This document shows positions 16,120 to 26,684 of a stretch of DNA of 64,000 bases, piece after piece. The stretch's first letter is position 1. Each line of letters begins with the position of its first letter. A program made the position numbers and the translations under genes. The notes under the pieces are model-generated. The model did no database searches. It was not told the origin of the DNA and was given only the letters and a program-made list of their open reading frames with translations. The stretch is from positions 248,001 to 312,000 of the forward strand of contig JASTWF010000324.1 of NCBI GenBank assembly GCA_030390025.1. The letters run 5' to 3'. This DNA comes from Squalus acanthias. Its lineage: Eukaryota.

Positions 16120-17590
16120 TCCATTCCTGCTCTCTCTGCTAGCTGCTATTGTAAAGGTTCCCTCTCCTCTGGTTTCCTCTTCCTCCATTACGAACTTCCA
16201 TCATCACCCCTCTCCTCAAAAAGCAAACCCTTGACCCCTCCGCCCCTGCAAACTACCACCCCAATCTCCAACCTCCCTTTCCTCTCCAAAGTCCTTGAAC
16301 GTGTTGTCGCCTCCCAAAATCCGTGCCCATCTTTCCCTGAACTCCATGTTTGAATCCCTCCAATCAGGTTGCCGCCCTTGCCACAGTACCGAAACGGCTC
16401 TCATCAAAGTTACAAATGACATCCTTTGTGACTGTGACAAAGATAAACTATCCCTCCTCATCCTTCTTGACTTGTCTGCAGCCTTTGACACGGTTGACCA
16501 CTCCATCCTCCACCAAAGCCTCTCCACCGTCGTCCAGCTGGGTGGGACTGCACTCACCTGGTTCCATTTTTATCTATCTAATTGTAGCCAGAGAATCACC
16601 TGCAACAGCTTCTCTTCCCGCTCCCACATCGTTACCTCTGGTGTCCCCCAAGGATCTATCCTTGACCTCCTCCTATTTCTCATCTACATGTTGCCCCTTG
16701 GTGACATCATCCGAAAACACAGCGTCAGTTTCCACATGTACACTGACGACACCCAGCTCTACCTCACCACCTCTTCTCTCGACCCCTCCACGGTCTCTAA
16801 ATTGTCAGACTGCTTGTCCGACATACAGTTCTGATGAGCAGAAATTTCCTCCACTTAAATATGGGGAAGACCGAAGCCATTGTCTTTGGCCCCGCCACAA
16901 ACTCCGTTCCCTGGCCACTGACTCCATCCCTCTCCCTAACATCGGTCTGAGGCTGAACCAGACTGTTCGCAATCCTGGTGACCCTGAGATGACCTTCCAA
17001 CCACATATCTGCTCCATCACAAGACCGCCTATTTCCACCTCCGTAACATCGCCCGTCTCCGCCTCTGCCTCAGCTCATCCGCTGCTGAAACCCTCATCCA
17101 TGCCTTTGTTACCTCTAGACTTGACTATTCCAACACACCCCTGGCCGGCCTCCCACATTCTACCCTCTTTAAACTTGAGGTCATCCAAAACTCGGCTGCC
17201 TGTGTCCTAACTCACACCAAGTCCCATTCACCCATCACCCCCTGTGCTCGCTGACCTACACTGGCTCCCGGTCCACCAACACCTCGATTTCAAAATTCTC
17301 ATCCTTGTTTTCAAATCCCACACTAACCTCGCCCCTCCCCTATCTCTGTAACCTCCTGCAACCCCAAAACCCTCCGAGATCTCTGCACTCCTCCCATTTT
17401 GGCCTCTTGATTATCCCCAATTTTAATCGCTCCACCATTGGCGGCCGTGCCTTCAGTTGCCTGGGCCCCAAGCTCTGGAATTCCCTCCCTAAACCTCTCC
17501 ACCTCTTTCCCCTCCTTTTTTACTCCTTAACACCTCCCTCTTTGACCAAGCATTTGGTCACCTGTCCGAATATCTCCTTATGTGTCTCAG
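16120..17590 (+). mobile_element. L2-clade LINE, 5'-truncated degenerate ORF2 (RT) and 3' region
   Basis: ORF 16295-16834 has LDLSAAFDTVDH, GVPQGSIL and YTDDTQLY RT motifs. Frameshifts and stops are present. It is closely similar to the copy at 23165-24812. Confidence 0.9.
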
Positions 17591-17736
17591 TGCCATTCGC
17601 CTCCACCACATTGCGCTCCGTGAGATGGAAAATATCTTGAGCAACATCGACCTTCCCATTCACGGAGACTTGAAAAACCCACCACGAAAACCCTTAAAAT
17701 CGCGCCGGCCATTCTGAGAAACAGCAGCCAATATAA

Positions 17737-17812
17737 AAAGAAAGACTTGCATTTCTATATCGCCTTTCATGACCACCAGATGTCCCAAAGCGCTTTACAG
17801 CCAATGAAGTAC
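17737..17812 (-). mobile_element. 3' tail fragment of a DeuSINE/L2-type element
   Basis: Reverse complement matches the SINE tail seen at 19798-19835 and 29178-29250 (…tacttcattggctgtaaagcgctttgggac…gcgctatagaaatgcaagtc). Confidence 0.75.
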
Positions 17813-17814
17813 AA

Positions 17815-18180
17815 TGAAGGATGTTCCTGCAGCTGGTATTGACCCACTGTCCAGATGGAGGGAATCGTGGGACACATGCAACATAAAGAACCAACAGCTC
17901 ATCACTGAGCCAACAGCAGAGGTCCCTGGCTCCGACCTCCCTCGGAGACAGTGGACAGCGCTCAACCCAATCCACACAGAGCACGGACGATGCGGCCACC
18001 TGCCCCACCAGTGGAAGATGAGGGCCGACCCGGAGTGTGACTATCCACGAGTCCCAGACCATGGAACACATCACACCAACCTGCCCACTGAGATCTGTTG
18101 CGGGAGGCACCTCATTTCACCACTCGGCATCTCGGGAGGCCGTCGAATGGAGAGCCGAACTAGACATCCCATTAGAAGCT
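17815..18180 (+). mobile_element. Degenerate non-LTR retrotransposon C-terminal fragment (Ingi/Vingi-like)
   Basis: Translation WTALNPIHTEHGRCGHLPHQWKMRADPECD resembles the W..LNR.RTG.GRC....W.....P.CDCG C-terminal motif. The family call is from recall only. Confidence 0.45.
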
Positions 18181-18469
18181 TTTCCTGTCATTCATAGGTA
18201 GTAATAGTGTGAAATTTTGTCTGATCAAGCTTCTACAAAGCGCCTTTGGATATTTTACTACAGTAAAGACACTATTTAAATGCAAGTTGTTGTTGTGTTC
18301 CAGAGCGTGAAACTGATCCATTGCAGGGACTGTTTACTTTTGCTCAGAGGGCCGGGGATTTTACATTGCAATCCGCAAATCAAACAAATCCACCTACCCT
18401 TCAATAACGCCTGTTATATTGAATGAATATAGTCAATTTGGTAAAGGTTTCACTTAAAGATTGAAGGGC

Positions 18470-19041
18470 TCTCACCCTCAGGACTCCTGTGAAAGAGGGA
18501 GTCTCACCCTCAGGACCCCTGTTAAAGAGGGAGTCTCACCCCCAGGACCCCTGTTAAAGAGGGAGTCTCACCCCCAAGATCCCTGTTAAAGAGGGAGTCT
18601 CACCCTCAGGACCCCTGTTAAAGAGGGAGTCTCACTGTCAGGACCCCTGTTAAAGAGGGAGTCTCACCATTGGACCCCTGTTAAAGAGGGAGTCTCACTG
18701 TCAGGACCCCTGTTAAAGAGGGAGTCTCACTGTCAGGACCCCTGTTAAAGAGGGAGCCTCACCCCCAGGACCCCTGTTAAAGAGGGAGTCTCACTGTCAG
18801 GACCCCTGTTAAAGAGGGAGTCTCACCCCCAAGACCCCTGTTAAAGAGGGAGTCTCACTGTCAGGACCCCTGTTAAAGAGGGAGTCTCACTGTCAGGACC
18901 CCTGTTAAAGAGGGAGTCTCACCCCCAAGACCCCTGTTAAAGAGGGAGTCTCACTGTCAGGACCCCTGTTAAAGAGGGAGTCTCACTGTCAGGACCCCTG
19001 TTAAAGAGGGAGTCTCACCATTGGATCCCTGTTAAAGAGGG
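18470..19041. repeat. 32-bp minisatellite (GGACCCCTGTTAAAGAGGGAGTCTCACTGTCA), about 17-18 copies
   Basis: Directly visible tandem units with a 32-bp period (18481, 18513, and so on). Confidence 0.95.
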
Positions 19042-19195
19042 AATTAGTGTAAGACTTTATAAACGGTCCAACAGTACCATGGTGCAGGGCAGTGCCAACT
19101 GTTAGTAGAATATGGCTTGTACCGACGGAGATCCCGATCTCAGCCATACTCACTGGGGCCAGGCACAGACTGGGGATCAGTCACTACCTGTGTGT

Positions 19196-19840
19196 TAGTT
19201 GTGGCTCACTGGCTGGCACTCTCACATCTGTGTCAGAAGATCATGTGTTCAATCCCCATTGAGAGGTCGCACAATACCAGGTTATAGTCCAACAGTTTTA
19301 TTTGAAATCACGAGCTTTCGGAGCTATCGATCGCCCCTTCCTGAGGAAGGGGCGATCGATAGCTCCGAAAGCTTGTGATTTCAAATAAAACTGTTGGACT
19401 ATAACCTGGTGTTGTGCGACCTCTCAATTTTGTCCACCCCAGTCCAACACCGGCATCTCCGCTTCAATCCCCATTCCAGAGACTGAAACAAATAATCCAG
19501 GCTGACACTCCCAGTGCAGTGCTGAGGGAGTGCTGCACTGTCGGAGGTGTCGCCTTTCGGGTGAGCCATTAAACCGAGGCCCCCTCTGCTCTCTCAGGTG
19601 AACATAAAAGATCCCATGGCACGATTTCAAAGAAGAGCAGGGGAGTTCTCCCCGGTGTCCTGACCAATAGTTATCCTTCAACCAACATCACTGAAACAGA
19701 TTATTGGATCATTTACATCATGCCAGTTTGTGGGACCTTGCTGTGCACAATTTGGCAACTGCATTTCCTACATTACAACAGTGACTACACTTCAAAAGTA
19801 CTTCATTGGCTGTAAAGCGCTTTGGGACGTCCTGAGATTG
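19196..19840 (+). mobile_element. DeuSINE (SacSINE1/AmnSINE1-like), tRNA-like head, interrupted by a palindromic insertion
   Basis: Head with A/B-box-like TGGCTCACTGG…GTTCAATCC, then CAGTGCAGTGCTGAGGGAGTGCTGCACTGTCGGAGGTG…AAAAGATCCCATGGCAC…GAAGAGCAGGGGAGTTCTCCCC and the tail. A second copy is at 26685-29250. The family name is from recall of the Deu-domain consensus. Confidence 0.8.
19261..19462 (+). mobile_element. Penelope-like (pseudo-LTR) palindromic insertion with a 13-bp TSD
   Basis: Near-perfect inverted repeat 19258-19428 centred on 19343. It is flanked by the direct repeat TTCAATCCCCATT (19248-19260 and 19463-19475) and contains a CTGAGGA…GAAAGCTT hammerhead-like core. Confidence 0.7.
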
Positions 19841-20500
19841 CAGGGCAGGTACAGCACGGGTTAGATACAGAGTAAAGCTCCCTCTACACTGTCCCATCAA
19901 ACACTCCCAGGGCAGGTACAGCACGGGTTAGATACAGAGTAAAGCTCCCTCTACACTGTCGCATCAAACACTCCCAGGGCAGGTACAGCACGGGTTAGAT
20001 ACAGAGTAAAGCTCCCTCTACACTGTCCCCATCAAACATTCCCAGGCCAGGTACAGCACGGGGTAGATACAGAGTAAAGCTCCCTCTACACTGTCCCATC
20101 AAACACTCCCAGGGCAGGTACAGCATGGGTTAGATACAGAGTAAAGCTCCCTCTACACTGTCCCATCAAACACTCCCAGGCCAGGTACAGCACGGGTTAG
20201 ATACAGAGTGAAGCTCCCTCTACACTGTCCCATCAAACACTCCCAGGGCAGGTACAGCACGGGTTAGATACAGAGTAAAGCTCCCTCTACACTGTCCCAT
20301 CAAACACTCCCAGGCCAGGTACAGCACGGGTTAGATACAGAGTGAAGCTCCCTCTACACTGTCCCATCAAACACTCCCAGGGCAGGTACAGCACGGGTTA
20401 GATACAGAGTAAAGCTCACTCTACACTGTCCCATCAAACACTCCCAGGGCAGGTACAACACGGGGTAGATACAGAGTAAAGCTCACTCTACACTGTCCCA
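19841..20500. repeat. 67-bp satellite (CAGGGCAGGTACAGCACGGGTTAGATACAGAGTAAAGCTCCCTCTACACTGTCCCATCAAACACTCC), left part
   Basis: About 10 tandem units with a 67-bp period (19841, 19908, and so on), interrupted by a CR1. Confidence 0.95.
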
Positions 20501-21755
20501 TTTTTTGAGGATGCTTCCAATAGGGTGGACGGGGGGGAACCAGTAGATGTGGTATATTTGGACTTTCAGAAGGCCTTCGACAAGGTCCCACACAAGAGAT
20601 TGGTGTGCAAAGTTAAAGCACATGGGATTGGGGGTAATGTGTTGACGTGGATTGAGAACTGGTTGGCACACAGGAAACAAAGAGTAGGAGTAAATGGGTA
20701 CTTTTCAGAATGGCAGGCAGTGACCAGCGGGGTACCGCAGGGTTCGGTGCTGGGGCCCCAGCTGTTTACATTATATATTAATGATTTGGACGAAGGGATT
20801 AATTGTAATATCTCCAAATTTGCGGATGACACTAAATTGGGAGGCAGTGTGAACAATGAGGAGGATGCTAGGAGGCTACAGAGTGACTTGGACAGGTTGG
20901 GTGAATGGGCAAATGTATGGCAGATGAAGTACAATGTGGATAAATGTGAGGTTATCCACTTTGGTGGTAAAAATAGGGAGGCAGACTATTACCTGAATGG
21001 TGGCAGATTAGGGAAAGGGGAGGTGCAACGAGACCTGGGCGTCATGGTACATCAGTCACTGAAGGTGGGAAGGCAAGTGCAGCAGGCAGTCAAGAAAGCA
21101 AATGGCATGATGGCCTTCATAGCAAGGGGATTTGAGTACAGGAGTAGGGAGGTGATGCTACAGTTGTACAGGGCCTTGGTGAGGCCACACCTGGAGTATT
21201 GTGTGCAGTTTTGGTCTCCTAACTTGAGGAAGGACATTCTTGCTATTGAGGGAGTGCAACGAAGGTTCACTAGATTGATTCCTGGGATGGCCAGACTGAC
21301 ATATCAAGAAAGACTGGATCAACTGAACTTGTATCCTCTGGAGTTCAGAAGAATGAGGGGGGATCTTATAGAGACGTTTAAAATCCTGACTGGTTTAGAC
21401 AAATTAGATGCGGGCAGAATGTTCCCAATGGTAGGGAAAACTAGAACCAGGGGTCACAGTCTAAGGATAAAGGGGAAGCCATTTAGGACTGAGCTGAGGA
21501 GGAACTTCTTCACCCAGAGAGTGATGAATCTGTGGAATTCTCTACCACAGAAGGTTGTTGAGGCCAGTTCGCTAAATATATTCAAAAGGGAGTTAGATAT
21601 AATACTCACAACTAGAGGGATCAAGGGGTATGGCGAGAAAGCAGGAATGGGGTACTGAGGTAGCATGTTCAGCCATGAACGCATTGAATGGCGGTGCAGG
21701 CTCGAAGGACCGAATGGTCTACTCCTGCACCTATTTTCTATGTTTCTATGTTTCT
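20501..21755 (+). mobile_element. 5'-truncated CR1 LINE with uninterrupted RT C-terminal ORF (20525-21658) and (TTTCTATG)n tail
   Basis: Motifs YLDFQKAFDKVPH, GVPQGSVLGP, KFADDTK and RPHLEYCVQFWSP are present. The 3' UTR ends in an 8-bp microsatellite. Confidence 0.95.
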
Positions 21756-22129
21756 AAACACTCCCAGGGCAGGTACAGCATGGGTTAGATACAGAGTAAA
21801 GCTCCCTCTACATTGTCCCATCAAACACTCCCAGGGCAGGTACAGCATGGGTTAGATACAGTGTAAAGCTCCCTCTACACTGTCCCATCAAACACTCCCA
21901 GGGCAGGTACAGCATGGGTTAGATACAGAGTAAAGCTCACTCTAAACTGTCCCATCAAACACTCACAGGGCGGGTACAGCACGGGTTAGATACAGAGTAA
22001 ACCTCCCTCTACACTGTCCCATCAAACACTCCCAGGGCAGGTACAGCATGGGTTAGATACAGAGTAAAGCTCCCTCTACACTGTCCCATCAAACACTCCC
22101 AGGGCAGGTACAGCACGGGTTAGATACAG
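21756..22129. repeat. 67-bp satellite, right part
   Basis: The same unit resumes almost exactly in register (AAACACTCCCAGGGC…) right after the CR1 tail. Confidence 0.95.
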
Positions 22130-22544
22130 GAGAAACCAAAGCTGTGAAGACCAATATTTTTTCTGGTATTTGTAGCTCTGCTCGGCCCAGGCAGGCTGTA
22201 AATCTCATGTGGAAACTGAGCCCTCGGAATATTTATCACTAACGTGCAGCGTAAGGTATCACTCAGGGATGTGCTGATGGAGTTATGAGGGGAAAATGAT
22301 GTTTGAAGGTGATGGCTAGTGAGCTTGGTGATGTCGCTTGCATCTCTGTGGGGTCGTGTTTCACCGCCCGCTATTTTGATGGATATGTTACTGAGTGCGC
22401 CGTTTATATTTATTGTATCCTTTTCCCTGATATCTTTACTTATTGATCAGATAAGCCCTCAAGCACAACCAAGTCTTTCTGCTACTACAGCTTAAGACTG
22501 TTAGTGTTCAGCTGTTTATCGGAGAAAAGAAGCAGCAAGGACAG

Positions 22545-22800
22545 AAATGGAGAAAGAGAAAGAGGGAGAGAGCAATAGAGAGAAAGAGAATGGGAAACTG
22601 AGAGTGAACGACAGAGAGAGTGAGAGAGAAAGAGAGGAGAGAGGGAGAGAAAGTGAGAGTGAACGATAGAGAGAAAGAGAGAGGGAGAGAGAGAGAGAAA
22701 CTGAGAGTGAGAGAAAGAGAAACTGAGAGTGAGAGAAAGAGAGAGAGTGAGAAAGAGAGAAAGAGACGGCAAAGGCAGAATGATAGGAAGCGAGAGAGAA
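22545..22800. repeat. (GA)-rich low-complexity tract
   Basis: Purine-rich GAGA/GAAA runs. Confidence 0.85.
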
Positions 22801-22849
22801 TCCAAGGTGCCCTTTAGTCGGCACGTGCTCGCTTCCAATTAGGACCTGA

Positions 22850-23075
22850 CCTTCTGACCTATAACCCTCTGAGATCTCTGCGTTCCCCCAACTCCAGCCT
22901 CTTGTCCAACCCCCACTCCCTTCGCCTCCCTCTGGCGGCCGTGCCTTCTGCCATTTGGCCCTAAGGTCTGGAAATGCCTTCCTAATCCCCTCTGCCGCTC
23001 CACCTCCGCCTTTTCCTTTAAGACCCTCCTTAAAACCTTCTTCTTTGACCAAGCTTTTAGTCACACATCCTAATC
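22850..23075 (+). mobile_element. Diverged L2 3'-end fragment
   Basis: Similar to 24475-24700 (…GGCGGCCGTGCCTTC…CCTTAAAACC…TTTGACCAAGCTTTT…). Confidence 0.7.
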
Positions 23076-23164
23076 ATAGAATCATAGAAATTTACAGCAC
23101 GGAAGGAGGCCATTCGGCCGACAAAGAGCTCTCCAGCCTAATCCCATCCCAAGGTCATCTTGTC

Positions 23165-24812
23165 CATGAGACCCACTTCCTTCTCCCTCGACCCTATTCC
23201 CACTAAACTGCTGACCACCCAACTTCCCTTCCCATGTTAGCTGATATTGTTGACGGTTCTCTCTCCTCAGGTACTGTCTCCCTCCCCTTCAAATCTGCCG
23301 TCATCACCCCTCTCCTCAAAAAAACCCTTGATCCCTCCGTCCTTGCAAACTACCGCCCCATCTCCAACCTCCCTTTCCTCTCCAAAGTCCTTGAACATGT
23401 TGTCGCCTCCCAAATCCGTGCCCATCTTTCCCGCAATTCCATGTTTGAAACCCTCCAATCAGGTATCCGCCCTTGCCACAGTACCGAAATGGCTCTCATC
23501 AGAGTCACAAATGACATCCTTTATGACTGTGACAAAGCTAAACGATCTCTCCTCATCATTCTCCACCCCTCTGCAGCCTTTGACACGGTTGACCACACCA
23601 TCCTCCTCCAATGCCTCTCCACCATCGTCCAGCTGGGTGGGACCGCACTCGCCTGGTTCCATTCTTATCTATCTAATCGTAACCATGGAATCACCTGCAA
23701 AACGGCTTCTCTTCCCGCTCCCGCATCGTTCCCTTGGTGTCCCCCAAGGATCTATCCTTGGCCCCCTCCTATTTCTCATCTACATGTTGCCCCTTGGTGA
23801 CATCATCCGAAAACACAGCGTCAGTTTCCACATGTACACTGACGACACCCAGCTCTACCTCAGCACCTCTTCTCTCGACCCCTCCACGGTCTCTAAATTG
23901 TCAGACTGCTTGTCTGACATACAGTACTGGATGAGCAGAAATTTTCTCCAACTGAATATTGGGAAGACCAAAGCCATTGCCTTCGGTCCCCACCACAAAC
24001 TCTGTTCCCTAGGCACTAACTCCATCCCTCTCCCTAACATCTGTCCGAGACTGAACCACACTGTTCGCAACCCTGGTGTCATATTTGACCCTGAAATGAG
24101 CTTCTGACCACATATCCGCGGCATAACAAAGACCGCCTACTTCCACCTCCGTAACATCGCCCGTCTCCGCCCTTGCCTCAGCTCATCTGCTGCTGAAACC
24201 CTCATCCATGCCTTTATTTCCTCTAGACTTGACTATTCCAACGCACTCCTGCCTGGCCTCCCACATTCCACCCTACGTAAACTTGAGGTCATCCAAAACT
24301 TGGCTGCCCGTGTCCTAACTCGCACCAAATCCCGTTCACCCATCACCCCCTGTGCTCGCTGACCTACATTGGCACCCAGTTAAGAAACGCCTCGATTTTA
24401 AAATTCTCATCCTTGTTTTAAAATCCCTCCCTGGTCTCGCCCCTCCCTCTCTCTGTAAACTCCTCCAGCCCCACAACCCCTCCGAGATCTCTGCGCTCCT
24501 CCAATTCTGGCCTCTTGAACATCCCCGATTTTAATCGCTCCACCATTGGTGGCCGTGCCTTCAGCTGCCTGGGCCCCAAGCGCTGGAATTCCCTCCCTAA
24601 ACTTCTCCCCCTCTCCCCCTCTCCGCCTCTCTCTCGTCCCTTAAGACGCTCCTTAAAACCTACCTCTTTGACCAAGCTTTTGGTCACCTGCCCTAATATC
24701 TCCTTATGTGGCTCAGTGTCAAATTTTGATTTTGATAATCGCTCCTGTGAAGCACCGTGGGAGGTTTTATTATGTTAAAGGCGTTATATAGATGGGGAGT
24801 TGTTGTTGTTGT
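23165..24812 (+). mobile_element. L2-clade LINE, 5'-truncated, with 3' tail ending in (GTT)n
   Basis: NYRPISNLPFLSK, AFDTVDH, GVPQGSILGP and YTDDTQLY occur across frameshifted ORFs 23234-23800 and 23247-24107. LHW.PV..R.DFKIL lies at about 24360-24420. Confidence 0.92.
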
Positions 24813-25422
24813 CTAGATGTCTGCACTCTATTGCCATCTCTGCATTGGACTGGACTTGAATAAAATGGTAAAAGGCGGCTAAATTATTCAAAGCAATCGT
24901 AATATTCAATGTTTCTGTTACTGTTAAAAAACATCAAAAACTGAAGAAAAAGTGGAAGAAGAGCAAATTGTGCAGTAGCTGGAGGAGAGAGGGGTAATTT
25001 GAAATTGTAATAGAGGGGGATGAGAAAGTAATATGTTTCTCAATGTTGTGAGATCTCTGAACAGACATATGCTAAATCTCTTATAATGAAAGAAACTGAT
25101 GATGTCAATTACACAACTTTGAAGTGGTTGGAGGCGATGTTTTAGCACATTTTTGAAATTATTGCATAAAGGCTGCCATCAACAGAACTCATAAATATGA
25201 AAAGGAAAGTGAGATTACATTATAAATTTGAACAATATGAATGTCCTTGCGAGGGAGCAAAGCCAGAATCTGAACAACATTCATCAAAGTGCCCGTATTT
25301 CAACAATTTACACAGTGATTTCACTTACAGCAGCTCACACATGCACATCCTCTTTTAGTGGGACCAATGGTCACAAGGAGAAAGGTGACCTCTTGCCTAA
25401 TGTGTACCCACTGACAGGATTC

Positions 25423-25845
25423 ATAGGAACCGGAGGCCATTCAGCCCCTCGAGCCTGCTCCGCCATTCCATTAGATCACGGCTGATCTGTATCTTAACTC
25501 CACTTACCCACCTTAGCTCCGTATCCCTTGATACCCTTACCCAACAAAAATCAATCGATTTCAGTCTTGAAAGCTTCAATTGACCCCAGCCTCAACAGCT
25601 TTTTGGGGGAGGTAGTTCCAGATTTCCACTGTCCTTTGTGTGAAGAAGTGCTTCCTGACATCACCCTGAACGGCCTGGCTCTAATTTTAAGGTTCTGCCC
25701 CCTTGTTCTGGACTCTCCCACCAGAGGAAATAGTTTCTCTCTCTCTACCCTGTCAAAACCATTTAACATTTTAAACGCCTTAATTAGATCACTTCTCAAT
25801 CTCCGAGGTTCAAGAAACTGCAAGCCACGTTAATGCAACCAGTTC
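25423..25845 (-). mobile_element. CR1 3'-end fragment
   Basis: ORF 25551-25823 (RRLRSDLI…ESRTRGQNLKIR) plus a CR1-type 3' UTR. Confidence 0.85.
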
Positions 25846-25904
25846 TCACACTCTGTGTGAAGAAGAACTGCCTGATATTAGTTGTACCTCTAACAACAGC
25901 TCTA

Positions 25905-26078
25905 CTTGTAAAGTGTAGTCACTGTTGTAATAGAGGCAAACGTGGCAATTCAATTTGTGCACAGCAAGGTCCCACAAACAGTAATGAAATAATGAGCAGA
26001 TAATCTCCATTAGTGCAATTGGCTCAGGGACACCAGCAGCACTCCCTTGCTCTTCTTCAGATAGTGTTGTGGGATCTT
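25905..26078 (-). mobile_element. DeuSINE fragment
   Basis: Reverse complement of the SINE body and tail (AAGTGTAGTCACTGTTGTAAT…GCACAGCAAGGTCCCACAAAC…GCTCTTCTTC…GGGATCTT). Confidence 0.75.
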
Positions 26079-26678
26079 CCCCCTCACCCCCACCCAGCCC
26101 CACCCCCAGCTCCAACCCCCCGACCAACCCCCACCACCACCCCAACCCCCCACCCCACCCCCACACCCCCCAAACCCCACCCCACCCCCATCCCCCCCAA
26201 CCCAGCCCCACCCCCACCTCCAACCCCCCGACCAACCCCCAACCCACCCCCACCACCACCCCAACCCCCCACCCCCCCCATCCCACCCCCACCCCCCCAA
26301 ACCCCACCCCACCCCCACCTCCAACCCCCCGACCAACCCCCGACCAACCCCCACCACCACCCCAACCCCCCACCCCCCCATCCCACCCCCACACCCACCA
26401 AACCCCACCCCACCCCCATCCCCCCCAACCCACCCCCACACCCCCCAAACCCCACCCCACCCTCATCCCCCCAACCCACCCCCACCACCACCCCAACCCC
26501 CCACCCCCCCATCCCACCCCCACACCCACCAAACCCCACCCCACCCCCATCCCCCCCAAGCCACCCCCACCTCAACCACCCCCCACCCCCACCCCACCCC
26601 CACCCACACCCACACCCCCCACCTCCACCCACCACCACCCCACACCCACCCCCCCAACCCCCACCCCCACCCCCACCT
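26079..26678. repeat. C-rich (CCCCA)n-like low-complexity tract
   Basis: Almost purely C/A. The Pro-rich and Gly/Trp-rich ORFs here are compositional artefacts. Confidence 0.9.
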
Positions 26679-26684
26679 CAGAGG

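Noticed and set aside
486..16353. Long Cys/His-rich ORFs (up to 908 aa) resembling keratin-associated or metallothionein-like proteins
   Set aside because: They occur in several frames on both strands and switch frame at 28-bp units. They are a by-product of a 30-bp unit that lacks stops in those frames.
20525..21658. 377-aa RT ORF as a functional or domesticated gene
   Set aside because: It is a 5'-truncated CR1 with no endonuclease or promoter and only a GTG start, inserted into a satellite.
18470..22129. CRISPR-like arrays (32-bp and 67-bp repeats)
   Set aside because: The repeats are head-to-tail with no unique spacers, there are no cas genes, and the context is eukaryotic.
24815..25420. 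Unique AT-rich stretch as a host exon or conserved element
   Set aside because: No convincing ORF, splice pair or recognisable homology is visible without a search. The same applies to 22130-22540.
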